Source: Hyaloraphidium curvatum SAG 235-1 (Eukaryota > Fungi > Monoblepharomycota). Taken from it: a DNA stretch of 64,000 bases. The stretch covers positions 248,001 through 312,000 of the forward strand of contig JAIVFI010000008.1 in assembly GCA_025558095.1 (NCBI GenBank), read 5' to 3'. Positions 12,654-25,359 of the stretch are shown one piece after another (within the stretch, counting starts at the first letter, position 1; the number at the start of each line of letters is the position of its first letter). The notes below the pieces were generated by a model that was given only the letters and a program-made list of their open reading frames with translations, was not told the origin of the DNA and ran no database searches. A program made the translations under genes and the position numbers.

Positions 12654-14322
12654 CGTGGCGAAGGAGTGCGGAGAGGGAGAGACGCGAGAGGCAGGCGGGG
12701 TGTGTGCGGTTGCGGTTGCGGTGGCGGTTGGCCGCGACGGGACGGCAGGCGCACGCCGCGGAGCCCTCCCAAGACAGCTGCCGAGCGCCGCTGAGGGTTG
12801 CTCGGCGCCCTCCGCCGCGCAGGCAGTCGGCCGGCCGCCGGGAGCTCAGCGGTCCGGATCCGCGAGAAGGCGGGAAAGCGGAAGCGGTGAAAGCCCTCCG
12901 CGGACCCCGCGAACCGTCGTGCGGCACTCCCTCTCGCCGTCCCGCCCTGCTCCAAGAAAGATCAGCGCGCGGTGTGCGCGGGAACCGCCGTCGCCGCCGG
13001 TCACGTGGAAGCCGGCGGCCGGTCGAGTCCCGCGGTCGCCGACTCCGCGCGCTGACGTGGCGCGGCAACCCACACACGTCGGGTGCCAGCTAGCCACCCA
13101 AACCGGAAACCTCCGGCCCGGCGGGAAATCGCCCGGACGTTCGTGCAAACCGCTGCAGCGCAAACCCGAGCTCGACGCGTCCGCCGCGGCGGCCGTCCCT
13201 CGCTGCTCGCGCGGCGCGCGCCGCTCTGCCGCCCTCCGCTCGTGCCTTCTAGCCCGCCCGGAGGCGCGCTCGGCGGGTGCCCGGCCCTCCTCACCCGCTC
13301 AGCGACGGGCCAAGGAGGACACGGTGGCGACGGTGCACCGCCATATTGACGTCAATTTGCCCTTGCCCCTTTTTCGGTCGGCCTCCGCTCAGGGACGGTC
13401 CCCGGCCCGCGCCGCAGCCCCCGGACGCATCGGGATGCGGATGGGATGCAACTGATTGGTGCATCAATCGACGGACTGGTGTTTGTGGCCAGTTTGGACG
13501 GCATCGTTGCTCCGGTGGACGCTGGAACCGAGCGGAAGGGGCAACGCCACATCGCACAGCCTCCGCGACCGGCCGGCCTGCGGCCACCGGTGCCCGACCT
13601 TTCGCTCGGCCGAAGGAACCGCATCCTCCCCGCAACCTGCCTCCTCTCCGTCGCCGGAAACTCCCTCGCGCCCGACGCCCCGCGGATCGGTGGCCAGCGT
13701 TACCCGCGGAGGCCGCGGCGAATTCGGATCGCGACTTGCCGCCGCCTCCTCTTCCCCAATCCCTGCTTTACCTTGGCACGGACACCGTTCAAACGCGGGG
13801 CCTCTGCAGCCGGCGAAAGCCGGCGTCCGGAAGCGGGACGGGCTTCCATGCGGCGGCGGCGGCGGGAACCGGTGCTGTGCGGTCCCCCCGAGGGCTTCCG
13901 TCGCCGCTCCCGCCGTTTATCCGGCCGGACGGGACGGGGAGCAAATCATTCGTTCGTGCCGAGGCGCAGAATCGGCGGTCGTATACATGGCGCAATGAAC
14001 GTGGTGGCGCGAAACATGCGGCGTTAGACGCTGAAGAACGTCCCGCCTCGACTTGGAAGAATGAATCAACACATTGAACCATACAGCGCAGCCGGTTCTC
14101 CTCTCCAATCGCCGGTTTTGGCGGCCCCGTCCTCGGGAGCTCCCTCTTTCCGACCGCGCGAACGTCGCGGACGATGGCAACGAGGTGGATGTGCAGGACC
14201 GCAAGGGCCCACACCACGGCTTTCGGTCCCGGGAGTCAGACGAAGCGAATTCATGGTTCAATACATCCCGTACCAAAACACGCCGGTACCCTTCCAATCC
14301 ATATCGCCGCCCCGTCCCTCCA

Positions 14323-17300
14323 TCACTCCAGCACCCGCACCGCCTCCTCCCACCACGGCCCGTCCTTCCCATGCGGCGGCTCCTCCGTCCACAGGGTCGG
14401 TACCTCGCTCCGCTTGCGGTTGGCTTTCCCGTCGCCCCACTTGTGCCTGTGCGGGATGTCGCCCACGTACTCCCCGGCGTGGTTGAGCAGCCCCTGCGCG
14501 CCGCCGGGGTGGAACTGCGCGTCGATCGAAACCTCCTCGCCGCCGAGCAGGCCGGCTGCGCGGAAGATCCGGGCGTTGGAGAGCAGCGCGACGACGGCGG
14601 GGTCGGCGAGGATGCGCCGGATCTCCCGGACGCGGGGGTCCGCAGCACCGGGGAGCGCCGGCACGGGGGAGGCGTCGAGCAGCGCGGGGGTGGGATCGGA
14701 GGTGGGATCCGGGCCGATGAGCGCCACGTCGCGTTCCGCGAGGCGCCGTATGCCAAAGATGGAGTGAATGAGGCCCTTGACGGTCTGGCTGAAGAGGCGG
14801 ACGGCTGCCGGGGCATGGGGTCAGCTCGCTTTGGGGCACCGGGCGAAGGCAGATGCGGACCGCTTCCGATGAGGTCCCCGAGGTCGATCTCGAATCCGAC
14901 GCCCCACTGTTGTCCCGCGATGATGCCGGAAATGTCGCAGTAGAGCCTCCCCGTGGCGGCCGTAAGGCCGCTGACTCGCAGGTCCAAGCCCGCGTTCGCC
15001 GACGAGATGCTGAAGAAGTTTCGGCCTGCGAGGAGGGCCTTGGAAATGGCGTCCAGGGCCTTGGATGCGATGGTGGCGACCGTCTTGGCGGCCTCGAGGA
15101 CGACGTTGGCGACGTCGAGGGCGGCCTGTGCGACGCTGTTGGCGAACTTGGCGGCGCTGCAGCCGATGTCGCACACGGCGTCGACGATGACCTCTGCGGT
15201 TGCGAGTCAGGATGTGGCGTAAGGATCAAGAATCCGAGAGACGCACCGCGGATGAGGGTCCACGCTTGGCAGATCCATTCGACGATCTGCTCTGCCAGCC
15301 CGCAATTGAGAGCGATGAACTGTAAGAGGATCGCAGGTCAGGACCGCACACAACAGGGGCCGTCAAAATCCGCACGTTGTGTCCGTGGCTGCGAGGTGCT
15401 CGAGCGTCAGGATTCGGCCGTACGAAGAGCGGCTACTTTGCTCACCATTCAAAGTCGAAGAAGCCGCAGCCGCGTCGGACCTCGGGACACCGGAAAGTCT
15501 GCGTCCAAGCTTGTTGGAACCACGTCCGTCAACCCAATGTCGTTGCCCAAGAGGAAAGTTGCGACCTACCGGAGCAATCCGTCCTCTCCTTGATCGCCTT
15601 CACGCACTGATCGTGCCGACAAACTTCCCACCGATTCAGCCCAAGCAGCAATAGCGAAAAAAGGAACCACTCACCTCCTAGCAGAGTCTGCTCCACGCTG
15701 TCCTTTGCCTCGCTCACCGCATTCTGCGCCGCCGACATGGCCTTAACTCCATCTTGGCACCAGGCAGAGATCTGGGCCAGGACTTTGGCGGCGAACGTGT
15801 CAAGGTTCCTGCAGGTCCGGGACGGTAAGTGCGCCGCTTCGATCGATCGGCGAGCGGAGACCCCACTGGAGCTGAACGTATGCGGTAACGGCCATGGTGG
15901 GCCATCCTTTCAAACTGAGGTCGGCCGTGACGTTGATTTTTGCTTCCAACGAGAAGAAAGTCGCGTCCAGGTAGACGCGGAAGCGGTTGGGCATCACAAT
16001 GTCGGCGATCGCCGTGGCCTGGCGACGGACCAGGCATCAGAAGGCGCAACCGGAGGGCGATGGCAAATGCTTACCGCGACGACGCCGCCGAAAAGGGAGA
16101 CGTGGCCCGAGCCTTGGATGGTAGGCATAATCATCTTGGAGCCGCGGGCGTCGACGTAGAGGAAGGGGCCTTCGTTGAGCGCCGTGCGGTTCTTGACAAA
16201 GACAAAGATATCGCCGCCGATCCTGCAAGCAGAGTCAGCACAATGGCGAGCTCGATCGTAGGCGGCAACGGACTTCAACGGCGCAAGGGCGATGTCCACA
16301 AGGAATCCGTTGGTGGGATTGATCTCAATCTCGGCACGACCCTTGTACCCTGCAGACCGGAAGCGGTTCAGAGGTCGTCCCGTTCTCCGGCCAACGGCAC
16401 TCACCGAGAATGTTGAAAGCACCCTTGAAGTAGATTCCCTTCGGGAACTTGACTCCCGGCACGGGTTCCTGTTCCGAGAGCGCGGAGAATGACGCCGTGG
16501 TGATGCCCGGGAACCCGGTTTCGCCGAGGACGGAGGGAAGCTGGGGGCTGCCGTCGACGAAGGCGTCGAAGATGTTCTGGAGCACGAGGTTGCGGACCTT
16601 GACCCCGAACCTGCAGAGCGCTCGAGTCAGCGCGCGCATCCCCGTCAGCCCGCCACGCCACCCACCAGTTCGCGTCAGGGTTCGAAGGATCGATGCCGAT
16701 GTAGCTGCAGACAACGTCAGCGGATTCCGTGACGGAATCGGAGGCAAACCCACCCCGCGGCCGAAATGCACTTTGTCCTCGGTGCCGACGGCGCGAGTGT
16801 GCAGCATCTGCAGCCGCACGTGGACAGCGTGCGATCGGCGTACCACTGCCGTGTGGGATCCCGCTCGCAGAACATCTTCTCGGTCGACCCCGGGCCGCCG
16901 TTGATCTGGTCTTGTTTCGGATCCAGGATAAACTTGAGCTCGGCGTCCGTCCAGTCCGTGCATTTGAAGGTCTTGGGCGGCGGCGTGTCGCCGTAGTAGC
17001 AAGGTTGCGGGCCGATGGCGATCTGCGGGGCAGAGGCAACTCGTCAGACAACGACAAGGGAGTCGTAGATCAGCAACTACCTCGCCGCCCAAGGTGAACG
17101 CGGGCATGGGAAGGCCAAGGACGGGGGAGGTGGCCGTGACCCCCAGGGCAATGACGATGTTGCCGACCTGTAAAGGATGCGCATTCAGATGGGGCGGACG
17201 ATCTGTAGCGCCGCTCAAAACCCACGGCAAAACGCGGGATCCCGAAGGCGTTGCTCCACATCCCGGCCATGTACCCCTTGAGCTCAACCTTGGGAGGCGT

Positions 17301-20300
17301 AAAGATTGCCGCGACTTCGGCCTGAGGCGCCAATCAGCCACTGCAGACGAGCCACGCCGGACGAGGCCCACCCCGAAAGTCAGGGACTGAGTCGCCGACA
17401 CCTTGACCACGAGCTCGCCGACCACCGCCAGCCGCGTCTTCTTGCCGAGCACTAGCTCGAAGCCGACCTTGCTCAGCGTGAGGTCGTTGTTGATCTTGAG
17501 GTTCACGAGCGACGCCGCGCAGGCGAACTCGTCCGACTTGACACGGATGGCGAGGCGCAGCCGCGCGCTGCCCATGAATCCCCTGAAGGTCTGGCAGATG
17601 CTTTCGCCCTTGCAGTCCGAAGGGAATCCAAAGTCCGCCGCGACGACGAGCCTGCAAATCGGGGATCAGCGAGTCGATTCTAGCGACGGCGACAGAAGCA
17701 CAAACCCGGCAGGGATCGACGTCTCGGCTGCGATCGAGGGGATCGACCACTTCCAGTCCGGATTGCTGCCCAGATCCACCGACGTCATGGCCACCGTCGC
17801 AAACACCGCCGTCCCCGCGTTGGACGGCGCCACCGGCACCGCGTTGAGGTTCATCTCGGCGCTCCCCATGGCCGTGAGCAGCTGGCCCACGGACGAGAAG
17901 CTGCCGACCTCGATCACCAGCGCCGCGGCGGCGATCCGCTTGCTGTCCAGGGTGCCCGCCTGCAGCTCGAGGGTGGCCACGGGGACCGGGGAGGGGGATC
18001 CGCGGGCGCGGAACTGGTAGCTGCCGCCCTGATACATGGCCCGCATGAGGAAGTTATTGATGCTGAAGCCCTTTATCGCTTCGGTGACGAAGCTGAGGTC
18101 AACTGGGGAAGAGACGTCAGCTGCCTGCGGGCGCTCGCCACGGGAGCAAGACTGTACCGGGAATGACGCTGGTGGCAAGCTCGGCGAGTATCGCCCCCAG
18201 CGGCAGGCTCTTGCTCTCGATCGTGACGATGAACTTGGGTGCGCGCGGGTAGAGCGCGTGCCGCGCCCCGCGGTCCGCGTCGCCGTACCGCTCCAGGGCA
18301 TTCACCGGAACCGGGTCGCGCTCCTCTCGCAGCGCCATTCGCCGCCGCCTCTTGCTCTCGAACGGTGACCTCAACCCGCCCTTCAGCGGTACTCAGCAAA
18401 TGGCTCCGCGGAGGAACCTCAGCCGCACGCACCTCCCCCGCCTCCTGCATCTCCGAGTCCCAAACCACCGCCCTCCCCGACAGCGGCACCTCCACCTCCC
18501 CCCTCGCCGAGACCACCTTCCCGTCGACCCTCCAGTTCCCCGTGACGGCGAACCGGAACGACGAGGTGCCGTTGGTCCGCGCGTAGCCGGCCTCGAAGAG
18601 CACCTCCTCGAGCTTGAAGAAGCCGCCGTCGAGGGAGATGAGCTGGCCTTTGGCGATGGTGGCGATGCTGCGGCATGGCGGCGCGTGCGGTGAGCGAAGG
18701 AGGAGGGGGAGACGATCGGGGTCAGTCGCAAACTCCGACGATCGCGATCCGGGACGCAACAACTACCCACATCGTCACGGAATGGTCGCACGGGCTCCCA
18801 GCCCCGGGCGCGCATATGGTCCCCGCGATGCTCTTGAGCACCCCCGCGTTCTCGAGCCACCCCTGCACGTCCGCATCCGGCACCGACACCGTCACGCCCA
18901 TCGTCCTGACCAGCTTCATCAGGCCCCAGTTGAGCCCGTCGAGGTTGATGTCGACCGAGATGCTGGCGTTGGTGAAGGAGAGGGTGACCAGCGGGCCGGT
19001 GTTGTTGAGCGCGGGGACCGAGAGGCGGGCCTTGCCGGTGACGGTGTACACTTCCGCGTCGAGGACGATGCCGAAGGAGAGGGAGGTGAGCTTGACGCCG
19101 TCGGCGATCGGGATGTCCCCGATGGTCGCGGCGATGTCGGCGTAGATGGCCTTGCCCGAGGTGTCCGAGTGGATCAGGAACTTGGTCAGGTTGAGCGCCG
19201 GCAGGCCGCCGATGCAGCTCTCGCAGAAGGACGAGGCGAAGCTGATGTCCGACCGCGAAAAGATGGCCGAGGCGGCGATGCTCTGCGACGAGTTGAAGTT
19301 GATGCACAGGCCGCCGTTGCCGACGGCCACGGCCAGCTCGGGGAAGTTGGACGAGAGGCCGAAGAAGGTCTGCGCCTTGCCGGCGACGATTTCCGAGAAA
19401 AGCGCGTAGTCGTCGTCCGACATCTGGCGCAGCGCCGACGCGGTCGAGTTGACCACGTAGACCCCGTCCGTCTGGCACCTCTGGCAGAGCTCCACGTAGT
19501 TGTTGCACGAGAACTGGCTCCCCGCGCGGGTGGTGAAGGTCGTGCGGCTCTTGGAGGTGGTCGAGGAGCGGGTGATCGTGGTCGTCTGCGACAGCGAGGT
19601 GGTGCTGGGCGTCTGCGTGAAGGTCGTGATCGACGTACTCGTTGTGCGGGTCGTGGTGGTCGTCGGTTCCTGCGTGGTGGTCGTCGGCTTGGGCAGCACC
19701 TTGCCGACGACGTCCGAGCACTGGTAGCACCACGAGTCCGGGTCCGCGTACTGCTCCTGGCTGCACTCGATACGCCCGTCCGGCCCGCTCCCCACGGCCG
19801 AGTTGGCCGCGGTCCACAAGTCCTCCAGGGTCTGCGCGGAGATGCAGGCGCCGTCGAGGGAGAAGCAGAACTCCTCGTACAGCATCATTTCCCCGTACTC
19901 GTCGTAGCGGGCAAAGACGTGGGCCACGAGGACGAAGTAGCCTGCAGAGGTCTGGCAGGGGGTCCAGTTGTGCCTGAGGTGCCATGCTTCGGAGGGGTTG
20001 ATGCGCCGGCTGCGGGTTCGCAGGGGTTTGGGGACGCAGCGGTGCGACGGACGCGGCGCGCTCACTTGTAGATCCGGACCTCGTCCACCGCCCCGTTCAG
20101 GTACGGCGCAATCAGCATCCTCCTGGTGCCGCTGTTGATGGCCACGTTCCCGAAGATCTGCACGGGTTGTCAGTCGAAGCCCCCGACGCGGCCAGAGAGC
20201 GGCACGCACCACGGCCAGCGGGTTCTGGTCCCACAGGTCGGAGGCCAGCTCGATCCCGTTCGCACTGGGGAAGCTCGAGAGGTACCCGCGGGTCAGGATC

Positions 20301-20932
20301 AGCGTGTGGTAGCCCCCGGACGGGAGACCGCCGGGTAGGTTGGGGTAAGGCATGGTCACTTCGTTGCCCGCGCTGGTCGCGAAGCCGAACCGGCCCCGCC
20401 CCGTGTCGGACCAAAACTGCCAGGCGTAGAAATTGGGGGCCAGGAGTTTCCATGCTGCGATCGCCAAGGGGCGTTGAGCATGGCGGGGCGGGATAGGAGG
20501 GGGACGCCACTCGCCTCTCGCCGCGTCCTGGTCCGTGTCGGGGTCGGTGCGGAAGCGCACGACGATGGAAAAGTCCGAGGTGCCGAAGTCGCCCAGCGAT
20601 GTCGGCTGCAGGTTGAAGTAGCCTCCGCCCGAGACGCTCGAGTACCTGAATGCCTTGCGGGGCGGACTGGAGAAGGGCACGTCCTCGAGCGTCGGCGGCG
20701 TGCTGCCGGTCAGCGACACGGTGAAGCCGGGGACGGAGTTGCACGCGGAGGGCAGCGTCGCGTTGCGCGTCGGGTCGTAGAGCAGCCGCAGACGCAGCCC
20801 GCTCTGCACGATCCAGCCCTGGTCGCACGGGCCGACCTCGTCCGCGGTGGCGGTGGCGAGGGCGGCGAGCAGCACGGAGAGCGCGAGCGCGGCCCCGCGC
20901 CACGCGCGACCACCGGTCCCGCGGATCGCCAT
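14323..20932 (-). CDS. Very large secreted protein, copy A: signal peptide, LamG/ConA-like domain, Cys-rich segment, Thr-rich linker, long beta-strand-rich region and C-terminal helical/Cys region; many introns
   Basis: Leader MAIRGTGGRAWRGAALALSVLLAALATATA; LamG-like DFSIVVRFRT..YHTLILT..LNGAVDEVRIYK; exon structure conserved with copy B; function unknown. Confidence 0.8.
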
Positions 20933-21310
20933 CGCCGTCTGCCCGAGGGGATGCGGATGAGTGAGGGCGCGAATGCGTCAGCGACGCGGTCGGCTGGTGC
21001 GGCTCCTGGGGGCGGTCTGGACCGGTCCGGCGGCACAATTGGCCCGCGGCACGGAGCCATCCGGCTATGGGAACCCGCGCCGCGTGCCGCGAACGCCCGC
21101 TGTCGCGATCGGCGGCGGTGCGGCGGCGGCGGGCGGGCGCGCGGGCGGGCGGCGTCGGTGCGCGTCCGGCGAGTCATGCGTAATCACGCCGCCCGCCCGC
21201 CCGCCGCAGCCTCCGGCCGGTCTCGCCCCGCAGGATACGCCGACCAGGTTGCCGCCTCACTCGGCAGACGCTCCCGCGGGATCTCGCTCCGGCTGCCGCG
21301 CCGCTCGGAG

Positions 21311-24298
21311 ATGCGCGTTGCGGCGCAGAGGCCGCTCGCCGCCGCCGCCGCGCTGCTGCTCTTTGCCGCGGGCGCCGCCACCGCAGACAGCCACGACTTC
21401 GACCCCGACGCCTTCCTATCTTCAGGCCGCGGCAGCGACGCGATTCGCAACCACATCGTCTATGTACCCGAACACGAGCACGGCAGCTGGGCGCTCGGCG
21501 ACACACTCGTCGTCCGCGGGGATCAGCCGCTGCCGGACGACGATGATCAGGCAGACACGGACTCGCACAGGCTCGGCCGCAGGGACCCGGCCACAGAGGA
21601 CCTGCCTCCCGCCGCCTTGCCACGCCGCGTGATCCGCGACGTCCCCGGCTGCCCCGCCGCCCCGGCCATCGCCCTGTCCCCCGCGCAGCTGGACGCCGGC
21701 GACCCGTTCGACCTCGTGATCACGAACCTGCCGGCCGTGGGGGTCGACTTTGGCGACAGCTTGCCTCAATTTTTCGCCTTCTGGAACGCCTCGGTGCTCG
21801 AGATCAACGGCGCGGCGACGACGACGCTCACGACCGTGCCTGATCAACCAGTGACCACCTCGGGGGCGAGTTTCGGCGGCTGCTTCGCGACCCTGTCGCT
21901 CCCTGCCGCCATCACGGCCACCCTGACGCAGACCGGCGAGACGGCGAGCATCACGCCGAACGTCACGGGCCGCTACTTTGTCGACGCGACCATCAGCCCT
22001 GGGGACTACAGCACCCGCTTCGCCTTCCAGGCCACGACGGTGGGCATTTCGCGCATTTCCTTCCCATACCTTCTTACCCGCGTGCTCGCAGACGCCATAC
22101 AGCTTCACCCCTCCCCCCGGCTACGTCCCCCCCACCAGCACCGCCGCCGACCCGACCCCCCAACCCCGCTCATGCCTGCAGCTCCCCTCCATGCGCGGCG
22201 CCAACCCCACCGGCGTCCCCGTGTACGAGGGCGCCCTCGCCGGCTCCCCCATCCCCGTGACCCTGGCCAACGTGCCCGAGACGCTCGTGGGCTGGGCGCC
22301 CGGGGCAAAGACGACGACGCTCGAGGCCGTCTATAGGGCGGGGGAGATGCGGACGCTGGCGATATCGACCGTGGTCGCCGGAAAGAGCACGGGGACTTCC
22401 ACCAAGACGGTCACGGTGGCCACGGGCAAGATGGGTGTGTTTTCTCGTCCATCTTGCGTGGGCGAGTCTCATTCCCGATCTCCTTGCCAGTGACGACCAG
22501 GAGGACGTTCACGACCAGCCTCAACAACGCCGTCGACGGCTGCCTGCCGACGCTGGTGGACGGCAGCAACTGGGTGGTGCCGACGGTCAAGGTGGCCAAG
22601 GACGCGATCGTGCAGCTGGGAGGCGTCGTCGACGGCACGCCGATCCTGGGCGTGGCCATGGTACGCAGCGCCGGCTCCTCGACCGCCATCGTCTTCATCC
22701 GGGTCGGATCATCCGCAGATGAAGGAGGCCTTCACCAAGGTCGTCCCGCCGTACCCGACCGACCGGCCCCTGCCCCCAAAGCCGACCTCGATCGTCCCCA
22801 CCTCGTGCGGCAGGTTCAACGCCTACGCCACCCCGACCGCCGTCACACCCGGCCAGGTGATGACCCTGGTGCTCTCCAACGTCCCCGCGACCCCCGTCGG
22901 CCTCCTCGAGAAGGGCTACTCGACCGTTTACGAGGCCCGCTACGCCGCCACCATCCTGTCGGACTACGTGTCCGTCTCGGCGATCCCCACGCGGACGTAC
23001 ACCACCACCCTGCGCACCAACGCGTGCATCAACTTCACCGCAACCATCACCGCCGGCGCCGCCACGCGGTTCCTGCCGCTGACCGCGGCGCCCAGCCCGA
23101 CGAGGGTGTACCAGGTCCGCATGGCGGCGAGGAACTACTCGGACCAGCCGGACGTCCCGCCGCCTGCGGAGTACAGGGAAGCAGACGACGTGCGGACGTT
23201 CTACGTGGGTCCCACCCCGGCGAGCGCCCCATGTGATGCTGATCGACCCGCATCCGCCATGCAGCTCTCCGCCGGCCCCAACACGCCCCCAACCGTGATC
23301 GCCGGCAAGTTCCCCTGCCTCGCCGGCCCGCTCCGCACCCGCACGCGGATCACCTTCGACGCCGCGGCGTGGGCGTCGCGGTTCTACCGGTACAACCGGA
23401 CCACGTCCCGCGGGGTGACCACGCACCGCCTGAGCATCCGGCTGGGGTCGCGCAACGCGTTCTCGTTCGGGTTCGTGGCGAGGGACTACGATCGGGGAAG
23501 GGGGAGGATGGGTGGGTTTCGTCGTGCCGTCGGGGTGCCGTGGAGGAGCTGATTGCTGCCCCGGCGCAGATCTCTACGCGGCCAACGCAGCGGGGTTCCA
23601 GCGCCCGCAGGACTGGGCGTTCGAGTGGCAGCCCACGGGGGTCTTCACCGGGCGCACCATGCCGCCATTCACCGTGACGACGACCTACCTGGTAAGGGGC
23701 ACCCGCGTGGCATGCCGACGGATCTGACGGATCGCCCGGCGCGCAGGCCGACAACCTCATGTACCCCAACGGCACCCTCCTCCGCACCCCCCGCGCGCAG
23801 ATCCGCGCCGAACACAGCGTCGTCGTGCGCCCGTACTGGTCGGCCACGCCCAAGGGCGGCCGCCCCACGATCTTCGCCAACGTCACCGCCAAGACCTACG
23901 GCACCTCGGACAACGTCACGCTGGCGTGCGCGCATCCGGGGGCCAAGCGGTCCGCATTTATGGTGCTGCCGATGGCGGTGTTGGGGAGGCAGATGACGCA
24001 GGCGGACTTTTCGAGGGAGAGCGTAACCACGCGGTGGTCCTTCGTGGGTCCGATCGCACTGCTTTCCGCGCCTTTGGCTGACCCGGCGCGCATGCAGACA
24101 ACGGACAAGGCGGGCAGATGGGTCCCCCCGCACAGGCCGGTGCTTTTCACCAAGAACTTCGGGCCGCTGGCCGAGATGGACCTGCGGTACGCATCGGATG
24201 GGGAGGGGAGGTCCGGGGAGGGCAACCCGAACGCGCCCGAGGGGAGCCCGGACAGGGAGGGGCTGAGGAAGATGCTGGAGCGGTTCAGGCAGGTGTAG
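21311..24298 (+). CDS. Secreted Thr/Pro-rich protein with three repeated beta-sandwich-like modules, copy 1, multi-exon
   Basis: Leader MRVAAQRPLAAAAALLLFAAGAATA; acidic pro-region ending LGRR/LPRR; repeated GDPFDLVITNLP, GSPIPVTLANVP and GQVMTLVLSNVP. Confidence 0.75.
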
Positions 24299-24444
24299 GT
24301 GGTGCGGCAGGTGGATTGTTTTGGACGCAAGGCTTTATAGGGGTCTCTGACGGACAACGATCCGGAGAACGTGGCGGGGAGTCAACTGATGACGTTGAAC
24401 AGAGTTCATTGATCGCGGTCTATCGGGGCTTAGGAAACAAGTCT

Positions 24445-25306
24445 TCAATCGTCGGACAGATCCGGGAGTACAAACTCGGCTGCCTCGGCCTCGATCAGCC
24501 TCCTCGTATCCTCGACTCTCCGCAGCTCCTCCCGCAACGACGGAAATGTCCGCTGCAGCACCTCTTCCAGGTTCCCACCGTGCTCGTGGCGTCGGAGAAC
24601 AAGGATCCGCGCGTCCATGGCCGGCCTGGTGGCCACAAACCGCTCCCACGGCACCGCCGAGATCGAAAGACCGGCTTCAACGGCCGCCTCGACCATGGCC
24701 AACGTCGTCTCGGGCTTCCGCTGCACGTACGACAGCACGAACGACATAGAGGCACCGTCCAAGAAAGCGCATATCTGCGAAAACAGGTCCGCCAATGACG
24801 CGCGAGTCGTCGAAGGGTAAACGATCTCGGCCGCGATAGCTGCCTTAGCCAGGGGCGCAATTTCCCTCAGCGCGATGCCCGAGCTCCAGTCCCAAACTGC
24901 CGTCCGAAAATAGTTCGCAAGCCTGTTGGCGTCCAGCGTCCTTTTGGCATTTTCCAACGCCTCCTCGTTGCCATCTGTGGCAATCAGCTCCGCCTCTTCC
25001 TCGCGCTCTCGGAAAAGGCATCCCAGGCCCGCAGTCACGAGGCCGGTCCCGCAGCCCAGCTCCACCGTCTTCCGCGGCACGAAGCCCAGCTCCTCCTCGC
25101 AAGCGTGAGAGGTGAGGAACGCCAGAAGCGCGAGGCTGCCGGCGCCCCAGAGCATCGTACCCGTCCTGTCCCCCGCCGAGCCCGCGGGGCCCTCGAGCAC
25201 GTGGCCGGGTGTGGATTCGAGCAGGGAGACGGCAACGGGGTCGCGAAGGTTCGGAATGTGGAGGTGCGTGATCCGGAATCCGTGCGACACGAGGTCGTCC
25301 GTGGGC
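24445..25306 (-). CDS. Class I SAM-dependent methyltransferase, METTL21/Methyltransf_16 type; probably exon 2 of a fusion with the upstream C45 peptidase
   Basis: TGTMLWGAGSLAL, VELGCGTGL, LIATDGN, WDW and AAEIVY motifs. There is no ATG upstream of the first conserved motif. Confidence 0.85.
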
Positions 25307-25359
25307 CTGGCGTGAGAGTCAACGGTCGGATCGTTTCGGCCCAAAGCGCAACACGCACC

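Larger units (their letters stand above)
14305..24315. repeat. Left arm of a ~10 kb inverted segmental duplication (partner 30550-40568)
   Basis: Mirror-image ORFs have near-constant coordinate sums (24298+30567=54865, 17666+37205=54871, 14323+40554=54877), and introns are identical in two blocks. Confidence 0.97.

Noticed and set aside
12700-14300. Several overlapping ORFs of 100-460 aa
   Set aside because: They are Arg/Pro/Ala-rich with no codon bias or motifs. The region is most likely the kinase promoter and UTRs.
19530-19700. ACC/ACG-rich repeat-like tract, mirrored at about 35180-35345
   Set aside because: It encodes the Thr-rich linker of the secreted protein and is not an independent tandem repeat or array
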